The notes beneath the pieces were generated by a model. It had not been told where the DNA came from. It ran no database searches and saw only the letters and a list, made by a program, of their open reading frames with translations. From assembly GCA_021818945.1 (NCBI GenBank), contig JAKASV010000002.1:721-64720 (forward strand): DNA of 64,000 nucleotides, read 5' to 3'. A program made the translations under genes and the position numbers. This stretch comes from a bacterium (GTDB taxonomy: Bacteria; Babelota; Babeliae; Babelales; Vermiphilaceae). Numbering within the stretch: the first letter of the stretch is position 1; each line of letters begins with the position of its first letter. Shown piece by piece: positions 16,926-25,692 of this stretch.

Positions 16926-19754
16926 ATGGCCATGGTTAAATATATTTCAGCTCTATGCATGTTAGCTTTGCTATCACTAAAACTTGAAGCAATGAGCCTT
17001 CTTAATATTTACAATTCATCTCAAGACACCCCAGTTTACTACAAAATCGGTGATGAACCTTGGGATGTTTTAGATGGAAACAACTCTAGTGCGATGTGGC
17101 AAGTCCCTTGTAACGGATATACTTTTATAAGATTTTCAGCCAATCAGCAAGGATCGCGACCTACTTACTTCGTATTGCCTCCACAACTACCATACCAACA
17201 GGCAGAGCCTGATGATGACTCAGCTGGCAGCAGTACAATGAACTGCGTTATCCAAGTCCACATAAGTGCCATGGCAGGGAAAGTCATAATTGCTCCGCAA
17301 CAAGAAGGACCTGTCGCAGGACAAACAACCTCTGGGCTCTCGTTGGAAAATAATATTACCGCCGCAATCATTGAGCAGTACGTGTCCTTGGCGGAAGCTA
17401 TCGCTTCCATTCAAGTACCTTCAAAAGATCCGGATTCTGTTGCTGCCGACCAAGCGCCGGCACCTTCCACACAAGCAGTCAGCACCGAGCAATCAGAAGA
17501 AAATTCTATTAGAAGCATGTGGAAATCTATACGTGCGTTTCTACCAGCAGACAAAAGCCTTACCTCGACCATTACGAGTTATATGAAGAATATCCTAAAA
17601 AATCATGAAGATTTCATGGATGGAATTGAAGGAGATCTTTCTGCTATCCTTGCAAAATGGCAAAATATCTTATTGGAAAATGCACCTGCAGCAACTGCTT
17701 GGTCAAAACTAACGCCAGTACAAAAGTTATTTTACTTAAAACTATTTGTTTTTATGAATTCAATTAAGAAAACTACAAAAACCCTGGTCATCACGGACGG
17801 TTCTCAGGTAGACACCTCAGCCTCCCTCATGCCCCCACATACACCTCCTGTAACAGATATTAAACTTGATCTTAAAGTTTTCCCTAAAAGCATTTTGTTA
17901 AAAACACAGCCTTCCTGGTTAACTTCTTGGTTGTCAGAAACTGGATACACAAAAAAAGGCAGGATCTTGCACGCATTATGGGACGATGTGGTCGAAATAA
18001 AAAATTTTATTTATGGCGATCCGAAGATTCCATATTTTCCCAATTTACTAGCTACTAATCAATTAGTTATGCCAAAGGATTTGACAGCTCAAGCGTTTTA
18101 TAAAAAATTGATGCATGACAAGGTCATTTTAATAACATTCAGACAGGCAACTATTGGATTGACCATAAACGAGACGTATGCTCACGAGCCCCCCTATTTG
18201 CGACATGAAATGGATCACTTAATTAAGCAAAACGATCATTTAATTGATCATGTCACTCAACTATGTCGTATCAAGTTAATACCTTTAGGGAACTTTGCAG
18301 TTGACATGGAGGCAGAGCGCAAACAAAGACCGGAAGAAGATACTATGACCCGATTTGCTAAATTTTATTTACGTAATCTGCTTTCCTCCACAATAAGCCC
18401 TTTTTTAAAGCTCACGTTAATCGCCTTCTGGGGCGGAGCCGATAATACTACATTTACTTTTCAGTCAGGTAAAACTCAATGGAAATTTTCATCAGAAATA
18501 ATAGATTCAGCAAAAGCTTGCGCTGAACAACATGCCAAATTAAGTTCAATCAAGGGAAAAGCGCCTGCTGACTCCGCTTCCCCAAGCGACGCTCCCGCTG
18601 CATCTCCAGGAGCACTATTACTACCTGCTGACTCAGCTGCTACTTACACAAGCGGTGCCCCAACCACAACTTCAGGAGCACATTTACTACCTACTGATGG
18701 TTCTCCAAAGGCTAGTCAAGCAGATGTGGCAGCTTTGATGCTTGATCAAAAAACTGATTTAGGAACAGAAATAATCGATCAAGTAGTTGATCTTGTAGCA
18801 ACTGGAAAATCTGGATCGTATATTGTTGATGCTACACCTGAATTGATACACAATAATCTAGCTCAAGCCGCCACATTCCTTGCAGCAAAAGCAACAATGA
18901 TAGATGCTGAGGGTGGCAATAGTACATTGGCACAAGAATTGTTGCTGCATGCTCAATATGCTGCCGATTGCTTTAAAACCTTCCATACATGCATGTCAAA
19001 AAAAGCAGGAGAAAAATTAAGTGGTATCGCTAAACATAGTCCATTTTTGCAAATTTTACAAAATTTACGTGATGGTCATGCAACAAAAAAAGAAAAAAAT
19101 GCTGACATTGCTGATACTAAATATAGTGGCATTGTACAAGAATGGTGTGCTTATATAGGGTGTAAATCTGGCGATCTAGCTTTTGACATATTAACTGTCA
19201 TACTGTTACACAAGGCCGGCGCTGGCACCTCGGGAACAACTCCACCTGCTGCAGCAACTGCAACTGGTGGCGCCGGTACTTCGATGGCTGTTGCAACATC
19301 AATTGCCGATGGAGCTATTGTCATTGTAGATAGCGTTAAAGTTGGTATGGCAATGGCATCTGGGCCAAAGGATGCAGACGGGTCTGGCTCAGATACAAAA
19401 ACGCCTGATATAACCGATAAAGTAAGTTCTTCACTATCCGCTGATGATTTAGCCGAAATAAATAAAGTAAAAATTATTTCAAAAGACGATTTACCACATA
19501 TTTTTAGAAATAAGATCGGTCACTTTATTGATAACACGGAAGCTAACCGGCAATTATTGATAACAACTGCCTCAGATTCAAAAAATTTTTTAGGAAAATG
19601 CGAAAAGGGTTCATTTTGGTATGCTAGAGTTTTGACAGATGATACTCAAATTTGGGCTGAAGTTAGAAATGGTAAAATACGAAATGGCGGCCTTAATTTG
19701 ACCCCAAAAAATTTTAATACAAAAACAGGGCTTAAAAAGCATATTAAATCTTAA
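16926..19754 (+). CDS. secreted polymorphic-toxin-like protein: signal peptide, unassigned N-terminal region, conserved pre-toxin segment, variable C-terminal tip A
   Basis: AAGGAAG RBS and signal peptide MAMVKYISALCMLALLSLKLEA. Ala/Pro/Ser/Thr-rich linkers are present. The 3' 600 bp recurs downstream (see repeats). The tip after GPKDAD is unique (..DLPHIFRNKIGHFIDN..WAEVRNGKIRNGG..). Confidence 0.7.
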   Translation: MAMVKYISALCMLALLSLKLEAMSLLNIYNSSQDTPVYYKIGDEPWDVLDGNNSSAMWQVPCNGYTFIRFSANQQGSRPTYFVLPPQLPYQQAEPDDDSAGSSTMNCVIQVHISAMAGKVIIAPQQEGPVAGQTTSGLSLENNITAAIIEQYVSLAEAIASIQVPSKDPDSVAADQAPAPSTQAVSTEQSEENSIRSMWKSIRAFLPADKSLTSTITSYMKNILKNHEDFMDGIEGDLSAILAKWQNILLENAPAATAWSKLTPVQKLFYLKLFVFMNSIKKTTKTLVITDGSQVDTSASLMPPHTPPVTDIKLDLKVFPKSILLKTQPSWLTSWLSETGYTKKGRILHALWDDVVEIKNFIYGDPKIPYFPNLLATNQLVMPKDLTAQAFYKKLMHDKVILITFRQATIGLTINETYAHEPPYLRHEMDHLIKQNDHLIDHVTQLCRIKLIPLGNFAVDMEAERKQRPEEDTMTRFAKFYLRNLLSSTISPFLKLTLIAFWGGADNTTFTFQSGKTQWKFSSEIIDSAKACAEQHAKLSSIKGKAPADSASPSDAPAASPGALLLPADSAATYTSGAPTTTSGAHLLPTDGSPKASQADVAALMLDQKTDLGTEIIDQVVDLVATGKSGSYIVDATPELIHNNLAQAATFLAAKATMIDAEGGNSTLAQELLLHAQYAADCFKTFHTCMSKKAGEKLSGIAKHSPFLQILQNLRDGHATKKEKNADIADTKYSGIVQEWCAYIGCKSGDLAFDILTVILLHKAGAGTSGTTPPAAATATGGAGTSMAVATSIADGAIVIVDSVKVGMAMASGPKDADGSGSDTKTPDITDKVSSSLSADDLAEINKVKIISKDDLPHIFRNKIGHFIDNTEANRQLLITTASDSKNFLGKCEKGSFWYARVLTDDTQIWAEVRNGKIRNGGLNLTPKNFNTKTGLKKHIKS
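19203..19379 (+). repeat. conserved pre-toxin segment, copy a (inside the main gene; long form 18777..19379)
   Basis: It encodes GTSGTTPPAAATATGGAGTSMAVATSIADGAIVIVDSVKVGMAMASGPKDAD. Confidence 0.9.
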
Positions 19755-19768
19755 AAGAGGTCAATTGC

Positions 19769-20164
19769 GTGGAAATATCATATATAGAAGCACTAAAAGC
19801 AATGGAAATATTTTTAGATGAATATTATTCAAGAGAAAAAAAAGATGATATCGGTTTATTGCTCAGCGATATAAGCCTAGATACTTTTATCGAAGAAAAA
19901 ACAGCCGATCCTGCTGCCTGGGAAGATTGGGAAGAAGCTATAGAATCGGTCAAAAAGGACAGTAAAAATAAGACCTTAACAGAAATAGAAAGTTTCGCAG
20001 CAATGATAGCTTTTGTTAAAGCATTTGGCCAACGTATTAACTCGCAAGAAATTAAAGAATTATTGCTTGAAATATTACACGAAGACGTAAACAATGCATC
20101 ATCCTTGTCAAAAGCAAGATTATTTTGGAAACAATGCTTAGAAAGAGTTAAGATTTCTGAATAA
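19769..20164 (+). CDS. candidate cognate immunity protein for tip A
   Basis: A 131-aa acidic cytoplasmic protein that starts 14 nt after the toxin stop. The call is positional. Confidence 0.5.
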   Translation: MEISYIEALKAMEIFLDEYYSREKKDDIGLLLSDISLDTFIEEKTADPAAWEDWEEAIESVKKDSKNKTLTEIESFAAMIAFVKAFGQRINSQEIKELLLEILHEDVNNASSLSKARLFWKQCLERVKISE

Positions 20165-20267
20165 CCCTGAATGCCTGTACTTGTACAAATGCTTTTAGTT
20201 TACGAACTTAATAATATTACGAGAATAGGCCTAGGATCCAATCTGTCGACCCAGCTTTATTTTAACC

Positions 20268-20450
20268 GCCATATTGTTACACAAAGTTGGCGCGGGCACC
20301 TCGGGAACAACTCCACCTGCTGCAGCAACTGCAACTGGTGGCGCCGGTACTTCGATGGCTGTTGCAACATCAATTGCCGATGGAGCTATTGTCATTGTAG
20401 ATAGCGTTAAAGTTGGTATGGCAATGGCATCTGGGCCAAAGGATGCAGAT
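20268..20450 (+). repeat. conserved pre-toxin segment, copy b
   Basis: Near-identical DNA to 19203..19379 and in frame with tip B. Confidence 0.9.
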
Positions 20451-20750
20451 AAGACTGGCGCAAGCGCAGCAAGCTCAGGGCCTGACGGGGATGCTGGTAC
20501 AAGCACTTCAGCAGGTAGCGACAAGGATTCAAAAAAGTCGCATCCTGAAGTTAAAAGCATGAAAGAATTTTTTCAGTTGCCATTTGGCAAGGTGCTTCGA
20601 CAAAATAGCCAGTCAATGAAGAAATACTACCAAGGGCAAAAAATGTACAAAATTACCGCAAAAATTCCTGAGACGTCTCTAAAAATAGGTGATATATTTT
20701 ATTTAGATGCCTCAGAAAAAAACCATCTTGAAGTTTTTGATGCTCAAGGG
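20274..20750 (+). pseudogene. orphan toxin module B, 5' part (interrupted by IS21 at 20750/20751)
   Basis: ..GPKDADKTGASAASSG..KSHPEVKSMKEFFQLPFGKVLRQ..IFYLDASEKNHLEVFDAQG, then IS sequence. The intact paralog at 24646..24921 shows the expected continuation. Confidence 0.8.
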
Positions 20751-20946
20751 TATAGAACGTCAATCATTTTGTCTGGTCGGCGACAATCATTTTGTCTGGT
20801 TTTTAACCCGAATTTATAGTCATAAATATCATTTCATTCCAATGTTTTTGTTGAAAAATTAATAAGAATCCTAAAATAAGCCTCCATTTGAAGGTAGTAA
20901 AAAGTCACTTAACAATGCCTGAGCCTCCTGTAAAGCATGCTTCTAC

Positions 20947-21699
20947 TTATTGGCCCATGCTATTCAACTTTGAGGCTCTTCTATAACTCTGTTCGTTAAT
21001 ATTGATGATTGTTGCATGGTGCACAAGTCTGTCTATTGCAGCAACGGCCATAATATTACTAGGGAAAATAGTGTCCCACTGTTCAAAAGATTGATTAGAT
21101 GTAATTAATAGGCTTTTTGATTCGTACCGATCAGCAATAAGTTCAAATAAGACGCTTGTTTCTGCTTCACTTTTTTTGACATAGCCAATGTCATCAAGAA
21201 TCAGTAATTGGTATCGAGCAAGTTTTGCCAAAAAATCAGATAACTTGCGTTGATTGTAGGCCTCTTGGAGTTTTTGAACCAAAACGGTTGTTTTGACAAA
21301 ATACACTCGCGCACCTTTTTCAATAAGTCGACGACCAATAGCAGCTGCCAAATGAGTTTTACCTACTCCGCTTGGGCCAAAAATAAGAAGATTTTGAGCC
21401 TCTGTAATCCATTGCGTATTTTCGGCAAACGCACTTATTTGTGCTGCATTTATAGAGGATGTTTTGCTGAAATCAAAAGCATCTAGCGCTTTGCCTACGG
21501 GCAGCTTTGCTTCGGCAATATTCCGTTTGATACGGTCCTGTTCTTTGCTCGCCATTTCTTTTTCACACAATGTTGCCAAATATTCAGGATAAGTCCAATG
21601 CTGGGCTTGGGCTTGTTGAGCAACCTCTTCCCAGTATGCGCGCATGACAGGAAGGCGAAGTTGTTTAAGGGAAAAAGGGAGAGTTAGGCTATTAACCAT
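20947..21699 (-). CDS. istB: IS21 helper ATPase IstB
   Basis: Walker A GPSGVGKTH and Walker B LLILDDIGY. The ATG at 21699 overlaps the istA stop by 8 nt. The ORF-track start at 21771 is an upstream extension. Confidence 0.9.
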   Translation of the reverse strand: MVNSLTLPFSLKQLRLPVMRAYWEEVAQQAQAQHWTYPEYLATLCEKEMASKEQDRIKRNIAEAKLPVGKALDAFDFSKTSSINAAQISAFAENTQWITEAQNLLIFGPSGVGKTHLAAAIGRRLIEKGARVYFVKTTVLVQKLQEAYNQRKLSDFLAKLARYQLLILDDIGYVKKSEAETSVLFELIADRYESKSLLITSNQSFEQWDTIFPSNIMAVAAIDRLVHHATIININEQSYRRASKLNSMGQ

Positions 21700-23218
21700 G
21701 TTGTGCTCCTTGCATGCTATTTGGGATAAGATCATTGTAGGCAGCAAGTGGATGCTGTTGAGTTCGAACAATAGGCACTACATTTTTTGCTTGCTTGAAT
21801 TGATATTGTAGATCGTGGAGACTGAGCTTCTTTTCTTGTTGGATGAGACAAATTACAGTACGAGCCAACTCTTCTTCGCAATGCTCTGTTGCTGCAAGAT
21901 GAATCAGTCCGACAATGAATTTGCAAGCATCTTTATCATTCATAATACGATCTACATACTCCCAAATATAGCGATAATCAGCATTAGGAAATAGTTCATC
22001 ACGGAATCGGCAACCTCTAAAGGCGCCTGGTTTTTTCGCAAGCCCTTCAATAAGATGGCTATAGTTTATTTGTCGTGCCCGTCCATTATGCGGAGGTACA
22101 AACTTTCGCTCAAGAGTGATAACATGGACATGACCCAGATAACACTCAAGCTTATCGCTGTATATTCTCACATGAAGTTTTTCTCCAATGAGCCTGCTAT
22201 ATACCGAATAAGTAACACGCCTAACATCGATCACGCTCGAACTGCTTACAACAACCGTAGTCTCGGCATAGTCAGCTGCTTTGGTAGCTGGCAAAGGCAA
22301 CAAATGTTCCCGTTCAGTTTCTAAGTCTTTACAAGCATGTTTATTGTGCTCTTTTAGAACTGCATGAATAAAATCTCTGTATTCATCAAGTGATGAGAAA
22401 TCATTACTGGAACGAATTTTCAAGCTTTGATAAACTCGTTTTTTAAAATGACCATGTGATGATTCAATAGAACCATTTTCGTGCGATTTTCCTGGGTTGA
22501 TACGAGTAGCTTGCATATTAAAGTGCTCTACAAAAGCCTTGTAGCGCTCTGTAAGATCTTCCGAGGCTACCTTGTTCAGGTTTTTGTATGAGGCAGAAAG
22601 ACTATCGGTACGATGTTTTTTTGGGGCGCCTCCAATATATAATAACGCTTCTTGAAGTCCTTGAGCAAAAGCTTCATAAGGTTCTCCAGACCCTCTGAAT
22701 ACTTGCACATAATTAAAACCGCTATATGGCAAGCGAAAATGATAAAAAATATGCTCAAATACCTCTCCCTTAATAGTAACCTGAATTTCATTGGGATGAG
22801 TAAAATCGGATATCCCTAGATCGCCAGGTTCATGTTTTTGTCTAAACATAACTTCTTTTTCTGGTCCAAATAAAGCCCTCCATCTTTTTATTCTACGTTG
22901 TAATGTGCGCAGGGTTGAATCGGCAAATTTTCCAGGGAATTTTTTTTGTAGTTCTTCAAGTATAAAGGTCGCCTCAAAAACTCCATCTTTAAGCCATGCA
23001 ATTATGTTTTGTTCCCATACATCTGCAAAAACATCATCCTTTGTTTTCCAGTTATGAGGGCTACCTTTTTGGTGTACATTGTTATCAATTCTGCTGCCTG
23101 TTCTCTCAGAGAATCCTGCTTTTGCAGCCGCTATTTTTTGGGGGCAGTCGTTTTGTCTATTATTCATGTAAAGAGCCTTTTGTTGGTCGGTCACCATTTC
23201 TTGATATGTCCTTTCCAT
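21692..23218 (-). CDS. istA: IS21 transposase IstA
   Basis: 508 aa with an N-terminal HTH (KIAAAKAGFSERTGSRI) and an rve-type DDE core. The gene order and overlap are typical of IS21. Confidence 0.9.
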   Translation of the reverse strand: MERTYQEMVTDQQKALYMNNRQNDCPQKIAAAKAGFSERTGSRIDNNVHQKGSPHNWKTKDDVFADVWEQNIIAWLKDGVFEATFILEELQKKFPGKFADSTLRTLQRRIKRWRALFGPEKEVMFRQKHEPGDLGISDFTHPNEIQVTIKGEVFEHIFYHFRLPYSGFNYVQVFRGSGEPYEAFAQGLQEALLYIGGAPKKHRTDSLSASYKNLNKVASEDLTERYKAFVEHFNMQATRINPGKSHENGSIESSHGHFKKRVYQSLKIRSSNDFSSLDEYRDFIHAVLKEHNKHACKDLETEREHLLPLPATKAADYAETTVVVSSSSVIDVRRVTYSVYSRLIGEKLHVRIYSDKLECYLGHVHVITLERKFVPPHNGRARQINYSHLIEGLAKKPGAFRGCRFRDELFPNADYRYIWEYVDRIMNDKDACKFIVGLIHLAATEHCEEELARTVICLIQQEKKLSLHDLQYQFKQAKNVVPIVRTQQHPLAAYNDLIPNSMQGAQHG

Positions 23219-23316
23219 TTTAAGGGGTACGTATCAAGTTTATCTGTAAAATTAACTTTAATCTGGACCAGACAAAATGATTGTCGTCAACCAGACAGAA
23301 TGATTGTCGCACAATA

Positions 23317-23412
23317 CAAGGGGATATAAAAACAGTATTAAATCTTGATGGGACTGTCAATATCGCTAAAAGAGCGAAAGCTGTGAAACAAAATAGAAAA
23401 ATTAAGCTCTAG
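23317..23412 (+). pseudogene. orphan toxin module B, 3' part
   Basis: After the TSD the frame continues ..DIKTVLNLDGTVNIAKRAKAVKQNRKIKL*, matching NIKTVLNLDGTVNVKKSNAAKGRKIKI* of 24646..24921. Confidence 0.8.
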
Positions 23413-23420
23413 AGGTTCGG

Positions 23421-24152
23421 ATGATTAATGAATTTTCACAAATTGTTGAAATAATCGAAGATCTAGATAAACAAAATATGATTTTAAAAGCAGCGGATAT
23501 AAGAGAACAGAAAGAAAATATTATCGATTTTGCGCGTGAAAAAAAGAACCTTATTTTACTTATGACAAAACTACAAACTTTGGCTCCTCATGTCATAGAA
23601 GTTGTTACGCCGAACAAAGCGACAGATCATGTCGGTCCTACAACCATCATTCTATTAGACATACGAGGAGAGCTAATGAATTACAAGTGGCAATTTTTTA
23701 CTATGGCAGCATTTATCAAACCTATAGTCAAATTTTATCGACGAAAAGCTCGCACCGTAGCTTGTCTTAATGAAAAATTTACATCTAACCCAATATTGTT
23801 ACATACAACAATAAGCCCCTTCCATAGCGAGGTCGACGAACTTAAACATTTAATAATAGTCATAGACAATCTTAATAATGATTTAGGAGAAAAAAGGATT
23901 TTGACTAATCAAGACTTACATGACGGATACAGAACTGTCCAAGAACTTTCAGCTATGAGCATTGATATACAAGAAATTCTTGATAAACTTCGGGGCATAG
24001 ATCCTATTGACTTATGTGCCATCGATCACTTATTACGGACTCTATTTGGAAAAATTTCTAAAAGCTGCGAATATATTTCAATAATAATTGATCAGGTAAT
24101 GAGAAAGATGATAAGCCATTACCCTGATTGGAACGATGATTTTGGTCAATAA
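23421..24152 (+). CDS. candidate immunity protein for tip B (243 aa, helical, no signal peptide)
   Basis: It starts 9 nt after the tip-B stop. The call is positional. Confidence 0.5.
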   Translation: MINEFSQIVEIIEDLDKQNMILKAADIREQKENIIDFAREKKNLILLMTKLQTLAPHVIEVVTPNKATDHVGPTTIILLDIRGELMNYKWQFFTMAAFIKPIVKFYRRKARTVACLNEKFTSNPILLHTTISPFHSEVDELKHLIIVIDNLNNDLGEKRILTNQDLHDGYRTVQELSAMSIDIQEILDKLRGIDPIDLCAIDHLLRTLFGKISKSCEYISIIIDQVMRKMISHYPDWNDDFGQ

Positions 24153-24247
24153 TGAATAGTCAAATTTTTAATAAACTCAATTCAATTGCCAATCACATAT
24201 GAGCACTCTAAAATCTACCCCTATTCGATATAGCCCGCTAAAGCCTA

Positions 24248-24534
24248 AAAAAATGCTGACATTACTAAAACAAAATATAGTGGCATTGTACAAGAATGGT
24301 GTGCTTACTTAGGATGCAAAGTTGGCGATCTAGCTTTTGACATAGCAACTGTCATATTGTTACACAAAGTTGGCGCGGGCACCTCGGGAACAACTCCACC
24401 TGCTGCAGCAACTGCAACTGGTGGCGCCGGTACTTCGATGGCTGTTGCAACATCAATTGCCGATGGAGCTATGGTCATTGTAGATAGCGTTAAAGTTGGT
24501 ATAGTAATGGCATCTGGGCCAAAGGATTGCAGAT
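24248..24534 (+). repeat. conserved pre-toxin segment, copy c (longer 5' extent, carries the +T lesion)
   Basis: Homology to the main gene runs from ..KNADI..YSGIVQEWCAY.. onward. It reads GPKDCR* because of an extra T at about 24528. Confidence 0.9.
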
Positions 24535-24645
24535 AAGACTGGCGCAAGCGCAGCAGGCTCAGGTACCGATGGGGATGCCGGTACAAGCACTTCAGCAGGA
24601 AAAGATAACAAAGATTCAAAAAAGTCGCATCCTGAAGTTAAAAGC

Positions 24646-24921
24646 ATGAAAGAATTTTTTCAGTTGCCATTTGGCAAGGTGCTTCGACAAAATAGCCAGT
24701 CAATGAAGAAATACTACCAAGGACAAAAAATGTACAAAATTACCGCAAAAATTCCTGAGACGTCTCTAAAAATAGGTGATATATTTTATTTAGATGCGCT
24801 AGAAAAGAACCATCTCGAAGTTTTTGATGCTCACGGAAATATTAAAACAGTTTTAAATCTTGATGGCACTGTAAATGTAAAAAAAAGCAATGCTGCAAAA
24901 GGCAGAAAAATTAAGATCTAG
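24646..24921 (+). CDS. orphan toxin tip B' (colicin-E3-like candidate), out of frame with its upstream conserved segment
   Basis: MKEFFQLPFGKVLRQ..IGDIFYLDALEKNHLEVFDAHGNIKTVLNLDGTVNVKK..RKIKI. No obvious SD sequence. Confidence 0.6.
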   Translation: MKEFFQLPFGKVLRQNSQSMKKYYQGQKMYKITAKIPETSLKIGDIFYLDALEKNHLEVFDAHGNIKTVLNLDGTVNVKKSNAAKGRKIKI

Positions 24922-25058
24922 CGCCTGTTATGCAAGTAATCGCTTACTCTTGTTAGAATAAATGTAAGAGCTAAATATGATTTTTTGTATAACGACATAT
25001 CATAAATTTAATATATTATTAAATAGATAGAATGTAAAAAAATATCAGGAATGTACAC

Positions 25059-25601
25059 ATGCATATTTCATCTTTTGAGCAATCAAATAAAAAAAAAATA
25101 CGTGGGCTCAAAAAAAAGTGTCGCGCTATGGTAGAAGCTCTCATTGCACAGACTTCTGAGTTTCCTATAGATTATAACTCAGAAGAATATTGGCACTATC
25201 ATTTGCCTGTAGCACAATCATTTATTGATTCAAAACACACTCCGCAATCAGTAAGACGATTATGCATACAGACAATGATAGATAGAACACAATTTTTATC
25301 TCAACATAAACCAAAAAACGCAAAAAGCTGCCGTGTTCTATGTCTAGTTTGTCTTCCAGATTTATGGTCCTCTGTTATAACAATTTTTTCTAGTCAAAAT
25401 TACTTTATTCATTTTTTTGATCGCAACAACCCATGGCAACGATGGACTCCTTTAATTCACAAAGACATAGCTAAAGAATACAATCTAATTATTCCAAGCA
25501 ATTTTCAAGTCAAAAGCTACAAACATGAATGCTTTGATGATGATAATCCCAGTATTGTAACTTATGTTGGAGAAATTTGGGCTATAGGCGAACTTGAATA
25601 A
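25059..25601 (+). CDS. hypothetical protein, candidate immunity for tip B'
   Basis: 180 aa with no signal peptide, 137 nt downstream of tip B'. It is unrelated to the 243-aa ORF that follows tip B. Confidence 0.4.
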   Translation: MHISSFEQSNKKKIRGLKKKCRAMVEALIAQTSEFPIDYNSEEYWHYHLPVAQSFIDSKHTPQSVRRLCIQTMIDRTQFLSQHKPKNAKSCRVLCLVCLPDLWSSVITIFSSQNYFIHFFDRNNPWQRWTPLIHKDIAKEYNLIIPSNFQVKSYKHECFDDDNPSIVTYVGEIWAIGELE

Positions 25602-25692
25602 TCAATAATTGCGATAATACAAGTTAGGGTTCTAAAAACCGGCTTATTGCGATAATGCAATCGTAAGCGTTCCTGCATAACCGCTGAGCGCT

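Larger units (their letters stand above)
20751..23316 (-). mobile_element. complete IS21-family insertion sequence (istA-istB) with 6-bp target-site duplication
   Basis: The imperfect terminal IRs are tatagaacgtcaatcattttgtctgg and the reverse complement tattgtgcgacaatcattctgtctgg. Each end has a second internal copy of gacaatcattttgtctgg. CAAGGG is duplicated at 20745-20750 and 23317-23322. Confidence 0.85.

Noticed and set aside
20171-20404. Plus-strand ORF MPVLVQML.. running into repeat copy b.
   Set aside because: Within the repeat it is out of frame relative to the conserved GTSGTTPP.. reading frame used in the main gene, and it yields a Cys/Trp-rich nonsense peptide.
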